The translations under genes were made by a program, and so were the position numbers. Under the pieces are notes generated by a model, which had not been told where the DNA came from, did no database searches, and saw only the letters and a program-made list of their open reading frames with translations. From a virus (lineage: Duplodnaviria > Caudoviricetes), in IMG/VR virus record IMGVR_UViG_2711768162_000009, positions 41,963 through 105,962 of that record: a stretch of 64,000 bases of DNA; one strand, 5' to 3'. This document shows, in pieces, positions 37,701 through 47,170 of the stretch (position 1 is its first letter; each line of letters opens with the position of its first letter).

Positions 37701-39809
37701 ATGAACAAAATCGTCTTGAAGAACTCGTCGGTGCCGGGCGCAATCCCTACGCCGGATGATCTCGTGCTTGGCGAGGTGGCGATCAATATCGCCGACGGGC
37801 GACTCTATACTCGTCGCGGGGATCAGGTGGTCAGCCTCGCTCAGTCAGTGGATCTCCGAGCCTTCGGTCGAATCACTGGCGACGTGGGCTACATTGAGCC
37901 CGAAAACCCGCAGGAGCCGATGACGCTCAAAGGTGGCAGTGGTCTGAAGGTCACGGCCATGCACGCCACGAAGGACATTCGCATCGACCTCGACAATGCG
38001 GATGCGGCCACACTGGGCGGCCACGCAGCGAGTTACTTCGCTACTGCCGATCACCTCCACGACGACCGCTACGTCCTGAAAAGCGAGAGCGGTGGCGACT
38101 ATTACACCCAGGCCCAGGTTGACGCGAACATCCAGCAGGCGATCGACGACCTGATCAACGGCGCCGGATCAGCCTACGACACCCTGAAGGAGCTGGAAGC
38201 GGCACTGCTCGACAACGACAGCGACATTGCCGCGATCAACTCTGCCATTGCGACCAAGCTCGATGCGTCGGCCTACACCGCCGAGGACGTGCTTGCGAAG
38301 CTGAAGACCGTCACCGGGGATGGCTCTGGTCTGGATGCGGATACGCTCAACGGCAACAACGGCAGCTTTTACCGCAACGCCTCAAACCTGAATGCGGGCA
38401 CTGTCCCGGTGGCTCGACTGTCCGGCATCTATGACGTGGGTATCTCGGGCAACGCCGCCACCGCCTCGAAGTTCGCCAGCGCTATTACGCTGACGCTTTC
38501 CGGCGATGCTTCTGGCTCTGTCAGTCTGGACGGTTCAGGTGACGTCACGCTCAACGCCACTGTCAAGAATGACAGCCACACGCACGACACCCGGTATTAC
38601 ACCAAGACCCAAAGCGATGAGCGCTTCTTCCTGCTCGATGATGTGGCAACGCAAGAAGAGGTCTTGTCCGAAAGCTCATCGAACGTGGTGAACGTCGACG
38701 GCCTGTGGGCAGCGATTCGCAAGTATGGTCTGGGCGGTAGCGGTCGAAAGGTGTCTACCAACCATGATGTTTTCGACGCTGATCTCATCACCGACTCTGG
38801 CTTCTACGGCCTATTCGGTTCGGCTGTAAATACGTTCCCTGGACAGCAGTCTGGCGACACGATGATTCACACCCGCTGGGGCACGGACCATCAGTCACAG
38901 ATCGGCATCGGACAGAGCAACCAGATGTTCTTCCGCTACCAGAACGACGGTGTGTGGCGGAGCTGGAATAAGGTCTGGCACGACAACAACATGGGTGCCG
39001 ACTCTGGTCTGGATGCTGACAAGCTGGATGGCCTACAGGCAACGTCGTTTGTCCGGACAGATGCTGACTCCACCATCAACGCCGGAGCCGACACCACCCT
39101 CAGCATTCGGGCAAGTGACAGCGGCAACGCCACTCTGGCAATTCATGGTGACAACCAGGGAACTGGTCGTGTGTATGTCGGCCAGGACGGGCTTTATGGC
39201 GGCGGCCTCGAATACAACGGCGACGGAACTCCGGAAACCACTGGTGCGGGTGTCGATTGCCTGACCCTTTGGCGCCGGGCGAACGGGGCGGATCACTGGA
39301 CGGCCCGCAACAAATACAGCTCTGACGTGTGGGAGTTCAAAGTCGCACCGACGGTTGGCGAGTATCCGGTTTGGCACGCAGGCAATCAAGGTGCTGACTC
39401 TGGACTCGATGCCGACACGGTTGATGGCCTTCAGGCCAGTCAGCTTGCTCGCGTCGACCAGGAAACTGTCTTTCAGGCGTCCATCGGGGTCGGCGGCTCT
39501 GCCCCAGGAAAGGACTTCGACAACGGCAAGGCCATCGCACTTAACGACGACGACTCCGGCATCCGTGGGAACGGCGACGGCACCATCGAGATTTGGGCCA
39601 ACAACCAGGAGATCGTGCAGCACACTTCCCAACGGGCCACGTTCCGGAAAGACCTGGTTGCTGAGCAGGACGTCACGGTGAGCGGCACCGTCAGCACTGA
39701 TGGCGACGTCAAGGCAGATGGTGTGTTTGAAGTGGGTGGCGCGTCCGGCTTCCAAATGGCTTTCGACTCCACCACCCAGTCCCTCAACTTCAACTTCATG
39801 GGAGCGTGA
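37701..39809 (+). CDS. Long tail fibre protein
   Basis: IVLKNSSVPG..P...LGEVAIN anchor; DTLKEL motif; three SGLDAD repeats; HDxRY motifs. Confidence 0.85.
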   Translation: MNKIVLKNSSVPGAIPTPDDLVLGEVAINIADGRLYTRRGDQVVSLAQSVDLRAFGRITGDVGYIEPENPQEPMTLKGGSGLKVTAMHATKDIRIDLDNADAATLGGHAASYFATADHLHDDRYVLKSESGGDYYTQAQVDANIQQAIDDLINGAGSAYDTLKELEAALLDNDSDIAAINSAIATKLDASAYTAEDVLAKLKTVTGDGSGLDADTLNGNNGSFYRNASNLNAGTVPVARLSGIYDVGISGNAATASKFASAITLTLSGDASGSVSLDGSGDVTLNATVKNDSHTHDTRYYTKTQSDERFFLLDDVATQEEVLSESSSNVVNVDGLWAAIRKYGLGGSGRKVSTNHDVFDADLITDSGFYGLFGSAVNTFPGQQSGDTMIHTRWGTDHQSQIGIGQSNQMFFRYQNDGVWRSWNKVWHDNNMGADSGLDADKLDGLQATSFVRTDADSTINAGADTTLSIRASDSGNATLAIHGDNQGTGRVYVGQDGLYGGGLEYNGDGTPETTGAGVDCLTLWRRANGADHWTARNKYSSDVWEFKVAPTVGEYPVWHAGNQGADSGLDADTVDGLQASQLARVDQETVFQASIGVGGSAPGKDFDNGKAIALNDDDSGIRGNGDGTIEIWANNQEIVQHTSQRATFRKDLVAEQDVTVSGTVSTDGDVKADGVFEVGGASGFQMAFDSTTQSLNFNFMGA

Positions 39810-39810
39810 T

Positions 39811-42558
39811 ATGGCCCTGGTTGCACACTACCGCTTTGACGGCGACGCCAAGGATGCACTCAAGGGTAACGACCTGTCGTTCGGCTTGAGCGGAAGTTGG
39901 GTTCGAGGGAAGTTCGGGCAGGCGTTCAGCATTGCCGGAACAGGAGGCGGCGCCCAGGTGGCGCCCTCTTCCTTTGGCCTGAACCCGAACACCAACCGCT
40001 GGACGGTCTGTGGCTGGGTCATTCCCAACCGGACAAGCTGGGAAACCGATAACGGCAGCGGGCTCAACCGCCACAACGTCTTCGAGATGGGCGACTACTA
40101 CATCGAGGGTGAGACCAGCATCACCTTCGGACGCCACAGCACCGGCAACACCAGCCGCGCCCTGTTCTTCTCGATCTACCAGAACCAGACGGGCTGTGAG
40201 ACGCCCCCGGCGCACAACTTCACCGTGGACGAGCTGGACGACTGGATTTTCTTCGCCGTCACCTGCAACGGGAGCGAGCTGGCCTTCCATAGCTTTGCAG
40301 AGGCAACTGGAAACTGGCAGCGAACTGGGGCGGCCGTTAGCTGGGACGTTACTCAGGCTCCCATCCGAGACAACCTGCACATCGGCGGATACGGCTGGGT
40401 TAGCGGAAGCTGGCGGGGTGTCCTCGAGGACTTCCGGGTCTACGATCATGCCCTGTCGCTTCGTGAAATCTACGACCTGAGCCTTGGGGTCATTGCCGAC
40501 TATCGCTGTCCTGCCTATCAGGAAGCGCTTGTGGCCGGTTTTCTGCCCGACGCCAGCGGCCAGGATAACCATGCCGCAATCGAGCCTTCTGAAGCCCCTA
40601 CGTGGACGTCAGCGGGGTATCGCTTCGATGGGGCTCAGTGCATCAATGCCGGGTCTGTCATCACGATGGAAGGCAGGAGCCGCTGCACCATCGAATGCGA
40701 GTTCGAGCTGGACGACACTCAGGATCAACAGGCCCTGGTCGCGAAGTGGAATACCTACGGTGTGGGTCGTCAGTTCCTGCTGGACGTCTATCAGGGAAAG
40801 GTCCGCGCCACGTTCGGCAAGGAAGTGGTTGATGATCAGGTTCTCATCACGCACCCGATCCAGGCCGGCACCCGCTATCACGTCCTCGCGGTCAAAACTC
40901 CCACCGAGCAGAAGCTGTTCGTGAACGGCGCACTAGTGGCCTCGGCCGGCAACCCCGCTACGTTCCTCGGCAACAGCGAGCCTCTGGTGCTGGGTGGCAA
41001 GTCCGACGACGGAGTTGTTTCGGCCAAGATGCAGGGGCTGCTGGTTCGCGCTCGCATCTTGAGCGTCGCTGTGTCCGACGAGATGGCACAAGTCCTCTAC
41101 CGGAACCGCGCCTCTCTCGATGCCATCGGCAACTTCACGACTCGGGAGGTGACTGAGCTTGGTCAATCTACCAAGCCGATCATCGACTACAGCGTCTGGA
41201 AGGCGGGTCAAACCGCGAGTGTTGGGGATTTCTCGCGCAACGGCGCCTCCAACAAGAACTCACGGGTGAATGCCATTGGCCCGCACGGCAAGGAGATAGT
41301 GGTCTGGCAGTGCGACAACACTGACGCCGAGTCCGCATCGGACGGCGGCTGGAACTACACGCCGTTTCCCATCGACAACACCAAGCGGTATCGCTTCTCG
41401 GTCTGGGTTCGCAGAACATCGCCCGGCAATGGATCGGCCTACCTGGGCACACGAGGCTACGGTGCAGCAGATGGTGTCGAATTGATGGGCGGAGGCACCA
41501 ATACCAACCCCTACTTTTGGTCAGGCGGCATTGACCATACCGACTGGTTCCTGATCGTGGGCCATGTCCACCCTGCCGGCTACTCCGGCGGCGTTCATCC
41601 AGACACCGCACGCTACCTGCCGAGTGGTCGCGTGGATGACGCCACGGACTTCATTTGGCGGCCGGAGACCGAAACCGCCACACACCGGGCATACCTCTAC
41701 TACTCGACTGACCTGAGCACCCGGCAACAGTTCGCCTACCCTCGCGTCGATGTGTGCGATGGAACCGAGCCGACCGTTCAGCAGCTCTTGGATGGGTTTG
41801 ACGAGCGACTGATAGAGAGTGACTTCAAAGGTCAGGTCTCGTTGGTTCGCCAAGCGACTGTCAGCGAGGTCGGTGTAGGCCGAGGTCTTGTGGCCTGGTA
41901 TCCCCTTTGCGGCGACACAATGAACTACGCCTCGTCTGATCACGGCACTGCCGTAGGTGCCCTTCCGTCAGACTGGGGCTATGAGTTCTCTGGAGTGGAT
42001 CAACACATCGCCTGCGGCAAGCCGGCCGAGCTTTCGGAGATCACCGACGAGCTGAGCATCAGCTACTGGTGTCGCTTCGAGGACGCTGGCGACCAGGACC
42101 ATCCTGTCGTGGCCTGTAACGAGTCCGACACCTGGCTTCCCGGTAATGGATTTGTCATCGGCCACGGCTGGGGTGACACCTTCTACTTCGGAATCGGCGG
42201 TAACGTGAGGCAAAACCTCCCCACCCCGCTGAGTCAGGACGGTCAAATGCACCACGTCTGCCTGACCTACAGCAGTGCCAAGGGCGCACGCCTCTACATT
42301 GATGGCGTGCAGGCTTTCGAAGATGCGAGCTGGACTGGCCCCGTTGGGCAAAACAGCGAAGACCTCTTCATCGGCAAGGCGAACTACCGTGGCGGTAGCT
42401 TCAAGGGGCGGCTCGCTGACGTTCGCATCTACAGCAAACGCCTCGAGGTCGACGAGGTAGGCGCTCTCGCCAAACTGAGCCCTGCCGGAAAGACCAAGGT
42501 GCAGCTATCTGCCGACGGACTGCTCGTCCACGGTCAACTGAAAGAAACCACCATCTAA
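39811..42558 (+). CDS. Multi-LamG (concanavalin A-like) virion protein
   Basis: LVAHYRFDGDAKD, FRVYDHALS, LFVNG, LYIDG, DVRIYSKRL repeated LamG signatures. Confidence 0.85.
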   Translation: MALVAHYRFDGDAKDALKGNDLSFGLSGSWVRGKFGQAFSIAGTGGGAQVAPSSFGLNPNTNRWTVCGWVIPNRTSWETDNGSGLNRHNVFEMGDYYIEGETSITFGRHSTGNTSRALFFSIYQNQTGCETPPAHNFTVDELDDWIFFAVTCNGSELAFHSFAEATGNWQRTGAAVSWDVTQAPIRDNLHIGGYGWVSGSWRGVLEDFRVYDHALSLREIYDLSLGVIADYRCPAYQEALVAGFLPDASGQDNHAAIEPSEAPTWTSAGYRFDGAQCINAGSVITMEGRSRCTIECEFELDDTQDQQALVAKWNTYGVGRQFLLDVYQGKVRATFGKEVVDDQVLITHPIQAGTRYHVLAVKTPTEQKLFVNGALVASAGNPATFLGNSEPLVLGGKSDDGVVSAKMQGLLVRARILSVAVSDEMAQVLYRNRASLDAIGNFTTREVTELGQSTKPIIDYSVWKAGQTASVGDFSRNGASNKNSRVNAIGPHGKEIVVWQCDNTDAESASDGGWNYTPFPIDNTKRYRFSVWVRRTSPGNGSAYLGTRGYGAADGVELMGGGTNTNPYFWSGGIDHTDWFLIVGHVHPAGYSGGVHPDTARYLPSGRVDDATDFIWRPETETATHRAYLYYSTDLSTRQQFAYPRVDVCDGTEPTVQQLLDGFDERLIESDFKGQVSLVRQATVSEVGVGRGLVAWYPLCGDTMNYASSDHGTAVGALPSDWGYEFSGVDQHIACGKPAELSEITDELSISYWCRFEDAGDQDHPVVACNESDTWLPGNGFVIGHGWGDTFYFGIGGNVRQNLPTPLSQDGQMHHVCLTYSSAKGARLYIDGVQAFEDASWTGPVGQNSEDLFIGKANYRGGSFKGRLADVRIYSKRLEVDEVGALAKLSPAGKTKVQLSADGLLVHGQLKETTI

Positions 42559-42641
42559 GCGCCCCCCAGGGTGATACCGCCTGGCATCACTCTGGGGTAT
42601 TATGTAAGTCATCGCTTACTGATCTTCTAAGAGGAAGGACA

Positions 42642-43607
42642 ATGGCTGATCTAGCCTCAACCAGAGTGTTCGGCACGCTGGTTGTTAAGCACAGAGCATG
42701 GGTTGATGGAGGCGAGGTTTGGCACTCCAAGAATGCCCCATACCTTCAAACCAACGGTTGGGGTGGTGTTCGACATACCACCAGCGACGGCTATATCGAC
42801 CTTGGCCCGGCCAATGCCGATCACGCTCACATCTACACAGACAGGCCGGATTTCTACTTCAACAGAGACTTGATGGTCAGCGGGAACAAAGTCTGGCACG
42901 CCGGAAACACAGGCGAATACACGATCAACGGCCAAGACTTCAGGGGTCGTGGCAAACGCTGCATCGTGGCGAGCACATCTGCCATGTTTCTTAACTACGC
43001 AGGAGACTTCACCAACGTCACGATTCAAAGCGATGCAGTGATCAGCGGCATCCTGACAGCGAATGATCACCTTCGCTCGGGTGCGATGAATTTCAGCACC
43101 TACAAAGAGTGGGATACAGGCGAGTTCAACGCTCTCGGCGGAGGCGCAGCTATTGTCAACGACAGCACTGGTCACAAGGGGCTCATGATCCTCGGCAACC
43201 GCTCAGCCGGTGGCAACCGCATCGTTAAGGTATGGGATGAGCTTCAGTGCATGGGTGACGTTAAGGCATACGCCTCGGACGCCAGGCTCAAGACCAACGT
43301 GCAGACCATCAGCGGCGCCCTCGACAAGCTGAGCCAAATCCGGGGCGTGACCTATGACTGGATCGAGGACTGCGAAGACCTCGGTTTCTGCCCGGCCAAC
43401 CCACATGAGCATGGCGTTATTGCTCAAGAGATAGAGTCGGTAATCCCTGATGCCGTGTCCTCTGCCCCGTTCAACGAGGACTATCTGACTGTCCGCTACG
43501 ACCGGATCGTGCCACTGCTCATTGAGGCACTGAAGGAAGAGGCGGCATTGAGAGAGCAGCTTCAGCGGCGGGTCCAGACGCTCGAGAGCGGTCAGGAGGT
43601 GGCCTGA
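42642..43607 (+). CDS. Tail fibre with C-terminal intramolecular chaperone (peptidase S74)
   Basis: YASDARLKTNV...IRGVTYDW...GVIAQEIESVIPDAV...LLIEALKE. Confidence 0.9.
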   Translation: MADLASTRVFGTLVVKHRAWVDGGEVWHSKNAPYLQTNGWGGVRHTTSDGYIDLGPANADHAHIYTDRPDFYFNRDLMVSGNKVWHAGNTGEYTINGQDFRGRGKRCIVASTSAMFLNYAGDFTNVTIQSDAVISGILTANDHLRSGAMNFSTYKEWDTGEFNALGGGAAIVNDSTGHKGLMILGNRSAGGNRIVKVWDELQCMGDVKAYASDARLKTNVQTISGALDKLSQIRGVTYDWIEDCEDLGFCPANPHEHGVIAQEIESVIPDAVSSAPFNEDYLTVRYDRIVPLLIEALKEEAALREQLQRRVQTLESGQEVA

Positions 43608-44149
43608 TGGCAACGAGGCTCACCACCTGGACATACACCACCTCATGGTCGGCAACCACGAGCTGGACGACTAGTTACTCTGCCACCACCAGTCGCTCGA
43701 CAACCACGAGCTGGACAACAAGCTGGACGACCAATTGGACGACAAACTGGTCGCAGAACACGAACAGGTCTACGTCCACACGCATCGGCGGCCCACTGCC
43801 GGCCACAGGTGAGATAAGTCTGAAGGCTGCGGGTGACGCTCTCGGCATGACAGGGGTGATCTCCCTTGGCGCAATGCGTGGAAAGGGAACGCCTACACTG
43901 CCGGCGTCCGGCGAGATCAGGATGGATCAGCTACACGGTCTCGAGAACTACCGGAATACGACCACCACCTGGTCGACTAGCTACTCGAGATCAACCTCGC
44001 GATCAACGTCCAAGACCACTTCCAAATCGACGACGACAAGGTGGTCGACCTCCAAGTCGAAGTCCACGTCGAGGTCTACAACGAAAAGCAAAAGCACCTC
44101 CACCAGCGGGTGGACTCACTACAACTGCAACTGTCTCTGCCGAGACTGA
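43607..44149 (+). CDS. Thr/Ser-rich protein with fibre-tip-like central domain and NCNCLCRD tail
   Basis: TGATG overlap with fibre gene; TTSW repeats; LPATGEISL/LPASGEIRM; ends HYNCNCLCRD. Confidence 0.8.
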   Translation: MATRLTTWTYTTSWSATTSWTTSYSATTSRSTTTSWTTSWTTNWTTNWSQNTNRSTSTRIGGPLPATGEISLKAAGDALGMTGVISLGAMRGKGTPTLPASGEIRMDQLHGLENYRNTTTTWSTSYSRSTSRSTSKTTSKSTTTRWSTSKSKSTSRSTTKSKSTSTSGWTHYNCNCLCRD

Positions 44150-44184
44150 GTAAGGGCGGCCTGGCCGCCCTGTAGGAGCACAAC

Positions 44185-44358
44185 ATGAACGACCAGAAGA
44201 CTGCTGAGCGCCTTGGGCAATTGAGCGAAGTGCTGCTCGAGCACCTGACCAGCTTCGATCAGAAGATGAACGAGGCAATTGAGGCGCTGGACGAGCGCAT
44301 CGAAGAGCTAGTCGAGCAACGCATCAACGAACGGCTCAAGGAGCTTGGGTGTGAGTGA
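44185..44358 (+). CDS. Small coiled-coil protein (57 aa; not in ORF track)
   Basis: AGGAG RBS; MNDQKTAERLGQLSEVLLEHLTSFDQKMNEAIEALDERIEEL...; overlaps next start. Confidence 0.7.
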   Translation: MNDQKTAERLGQLSEVLLEHLTSFDQKMNEAIEALDERIEELVEQRINERLKELGCE

Positions 44359-45178
44359 CTTCGATCAAGACCGCATTGACGACGCCTACACCATCCTGTC
44401 CAAGATCGGGAACATCTCACGGTCCCCGGCGTTGAGCAGCCTGGAGGGCATGGCGCCCCATGTCTACGACGCCTTCGATGGCGAGGTGCTGTTCGACATT
44501 TACTACGACGGCGGCCGGGACTTCAAAAGCATCACTTTCACTGAAATCTTCAGTCACGGCTTACTGATCAGCCCTTGTAACGATGCCATGCGCTACGACA
44601 TGGCTCTGCACGCCCTGAACGACGAAGACCCATCAGTGCCGGCAGAACGAATCCTCGGATGGGGGCGGATCGACAAATACCAGCTCAGAAAGCGCTTGAG
44701 TCGTAAGCCAGTGCCGGCAGCGGTCTTTCTTCCTGGCACCAACCTACTCAGCGACAAAGTGAACTGGGCTCAGGTGCAAGCCGCGGTCGATGCAGGCGCC
44801 TTGGTCAAGATGCACCCCATCACCAGCGCAGGCTGGGAGAGACGCTTGAAGCAGGAGTTTGGATCTCGGCTGGTGAGTAAGGGGGAAAGCGGATTTGACC
44901 TCCTGGCCGCCGCTGAGCGCGTATACACCACCTCCAACAGTGAGATGGGCCTGCTCGGCATTCTTATGGACAAGCCCGTCGATCTGGTCGAAGGGGGCGT
45001 CACCAGCAAGCGCCCGATCTACCGTCAGCTCTATGAAGCTGTGCTGCCTCAAGACAATCCAAAGGCCGCGCTGGAGAAACTGCTTGGTAGCCGTCACGCA
45101 GGATTCTACTGGCCCTGGCACGACTCCAGCCGCCCTCTCGAAATCGTCAATGCAATGAGAACCTTCGCCCATGCTTAG
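44351..45178 (+). CDS. GT-B-fold protein resembling capsule polysaccharide modification/glycosyltransferase families
   Basis: LVKMHP, DLLAAAERVYTTSNSEMGLLGILMDKPV nucleotide-sugar-binding pattern. Confidence 0.6.
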   Translation: MSDFDQDRIDDAYTILSKIGNISRSPALSSLEGMAPHVYDAFDGEVLFDIYYDGGRDFKSITFTEIFSHGLLISPCNDAMRYDMALHALNDEDPSVPAERILGWGRIDKYQLRKRLSRKPVPAAVFLPGTNLLSDKVNWAQVQAAVDAGALVKMHPITSAGWERRLKQEFGSRLVSKGESGFDLLAAAERVYTTSNSEMGLLGILMDKPVDLVEGGVTSKRPIYRQLYEAVLPQDNPKAALEKLLGSRHAGFYWPWHDSSRPLEIVNAMRTFAHA

Positions 45179-46067
45179 CGCCTACTGCTGCCCCACCAAC
45201 GACAACCTTCCGCAACTGATCGTCGCGGTATCCAGCTTCATGCGCCAAAACCCTGGCGTCCCGGTGGTGGCCTACTTCAACAAAGGAACCGACGTCGAAG
45301 CCCTCGAGGCTATGGGTGTTGAGGCTGTCTGCGTCATCGGCTCACATCTCATGATCTCGGGTCTCGATGACCTGATGCTACGCCGCCCCGACATCACCCG
45401 AGCGGTCCACATTGGGGCGACCACCCTCACGCAAGACAGCTTGTCGGATATGGCAGGAGTTCCAATGGACGGTCTGCCGATTGGCGCGGCAAGCGTCTAC
45501 ATGTTCCCTCACGACGAGGTGGGGCCTGATTGCTACCGCCAAGCCGACCCGGAGCTGTTCAGCTCTCGGCAGCAGGTCAATGAGCGGTATTTCGACACCG
45601 ATTTCCTGCTGTTCAACCTCGAACAGTGTCGCCGACAGCAGGATCGCAGCATCGCCTTGAGGTATTGCATGAGCCGGGCGAGGACTGAACAGGAATTTTT
45701 GAACCAGGTGTTTGGCGAGTCCGACTTCCTGAACATGCCGGGCAACTTGAATGTCGCACCAGAGCACACCATTCACCTCGATCTGAACCCCTTCAAGTTG
45801 GCAAGGCATCGGCTCGAGCTGGAAAACGCGAGAGTGATTCGCTTCCCTGGTGATGTGGTGCCCTGGAGGCCCATCAAGAATGTCGATAGGGCGTCCATTC
45901 AGTTGCCCATGAAGCAATATTTGGCTGCCGCTGAGTGTGTGGTTTCGCTCCTGCCGCCGGAATTTGTGAAGACCATCGAGGCCAACTCCAAGTTGCTCAA
46001 CGACTACATCGGGCCGGTGGCAGACGTTCTTGCTGAAGCGCACTCTATCGCCATGAGAAACGCCTAA
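45171..46067 (+). CDS. Glycosyltransferase family 8-like protein (divergent)
   Basis: DNL...VAVSS, YFDTDFLLFNL (cf. YFNSGVLLxNL), EQEFLN (cf. DQDxLN), IRFPGDVVPW (cf. IHFxGxxKPW); canonical DxD not evident. Confidence 0.6.
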   Translation: MLSAYCCPTNDNLPQLIVAVSSFMRQNPGVPVVAYFNKGTDVEALEAMGVEAVCVIGSHLMISGLDDLMLRRPDITRAVHIGATTLTQDSLSDMAGVPMDGLPIGAASVYMFPHDEVGPDCYRQADPELFSSRQQVNERYFDTDFLLFNLEQCRRQQDRSIALRYCMSRARTEQEFLNQVFGESDFLNMPGNLNVAPEHTIHLDLNPFKLARHRLELENARVIRFPGDVVPWRPIKNVDRASIQLPMKQYLAAAECVVSLLPPEFVKTIEANSKLLNDYIGPVADVLAEAHSIAMRNA

Positions 46068-46134
46068 TCCTTATATGGTTCTTTATCTCTTCGCCTGATA
46101 TAGTAAGTCAGCACTTACTTATGAGGGTAAGCGA

Positions 46135-46305
46135 ATGGCACAGATCGCCCTGGCTTTACTGGTTGGCACACTGAAGACCTTTCTCACTCAGAAGTTCATC
46201 ACCAAGGTGGTGATCCTTCTGGCGGAGTTTCTGGCCTCCAAGACCACCAGCAAGTTCGACGACAAATTGGTCAGCGCCATGAAAGAGGCCGCTGGCGAAA
46301 AGTAA
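46135..46305 (+). CDS. Small amphipathic membrane peptide (56 aa; not in ORF track)
   Basis: GAGGG RBS; MAQIALALLVGTLKTFLTQKFITKVVILLAEFLASKTTSKFDDKLVSAMKEAAGEK. Confidence 0.7.
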   Translation: MAQIALALLVGTLKTFLTQKFITKVVILLAEFLASKTTSKFDDKLVSAMKEAAGEK

Positions 46306-46357
46306 TCTCCAGGCGGCCGAGTGCCGCCTGACTTCTTCGTAAGACAGGAACCTGCCC

Positions 46358-47170
46358 ATGCCTCGTAATACACGGAAGCAGCAGAAGCGAAAAGAGCGCC
46401 GCGCCGAGAAGCGCAATCGCTACCAGGAGCAACAGTCGATGCATCCTCGCGTGCAGGCTGGCGACGCATCCATGAACGAACTGCTGCGGTTTGTGGCCGA
46501 TGCCAAGACCAAGGCCATCCGAGAGCCCATCGAAGCTCAGTCTGAGGCTCAGGGTCACTACCTGATCTCTATCGAGCAGAACGATGTGACCTTCGGGACT
46601 GGCCCTGCCGGCACCGGCAAGACCTTCATTTCCACGGCGATGGCCGTCGAGGCATTCCTGAACGGTGAAGTTGGCAAGATCGTCGTCACCCGCCCTGTCA
46701 TCGAGGCGGATGGTGACCAGATGGGCTTCCTGCCCGGCGAGATCGCCGACAAGTTTGCGCCCTACTTCTACCCGGTGCGGGAAGTGCTGGAAGAGCGACT
46801 TGGCGCTGCCTTCACCAAGAAGCTCATCGAGGAAGGCAAGATCGAGATTGCTCCGTTTGCCTACATGCGCGGTCGGACCTTCAAGAACGCCTTCGTGATT
46901 CTCGATGAGGCACAGAACACCACGCCCAAGCAGATGAAGCTGTTCCTGACTCGGCTTGGCGAAAACGTGAGGGTCGTCATCAACGGCGACAGCTCACAAC
47001 AAGACATTCGTGCCGCACGCAATGGCCTGGATGACGCGCATCAACGGTTCAGCCGCACCCCTGGCTTTGGGGCTGTCGCATTCGAGACTGGTGACGTCCG
47101 TCGTTCACCGCTCGCGAAGCGCATTGTCGAGAACTACGAGCGCGATCCCGACTATCCAGCGTGTGCATGA
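46358..47170 (+). CDS. phoH: PhoH-family ATPase
   Basis: GPAGTGKT, VTRP, GFLPG, AYMRGRTF, LDEAQN, FLTRLG, GDSSQQD. Confidence 0.95.
   Translation: MPRNTRKQQKRKERRAEKRNRYQEQQSMHPRVQAGDASMNELLRFVADAKTKAIREPIEAQSEAQGHYLISIEQNDVTFGTGPAGTGKTFISTAMAVEAFLNGEVGKIVVTRPVIEADGDQMGFLPGEIADKFAPYFYPVREVLEERLGAAFTKKLIEEGKIEIAPFAYMRGRTFKNAFVILDEAQNTTPKQMKLFLTRLGENVRVVINGDSSQQDIRAARNGLDDAHQRFSRTPGFGAVAFETGDVRRSPLAKRIVENYERDPDYPACA

Noticed and set aside
38320-39445. Repeated SGLDAD segments in the long fibre as an invertible or shuffling cassette
   Set aside because: In-frame direct repeats typical of fibre shafts; no invertase or inverted crossover sites nearby
28601-44149. Shared 3' ends of the two tagged genes as a DGR template/variable repeat pair
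   Set aside because: Only 27 nt, the differences are synonymous and not adenine-specific, and no reverse transcriptase is in the window
44147-44172. Selenocysteine readthrough of the TGA after CRD (a hairpin follows)
   Set aside because: The other tagged gene has no such hairpin and the two readthrough sequences are unrelated; the GGGCGGC-CTG-GCCGCCC hairpin is more simply a terminator or processing stem
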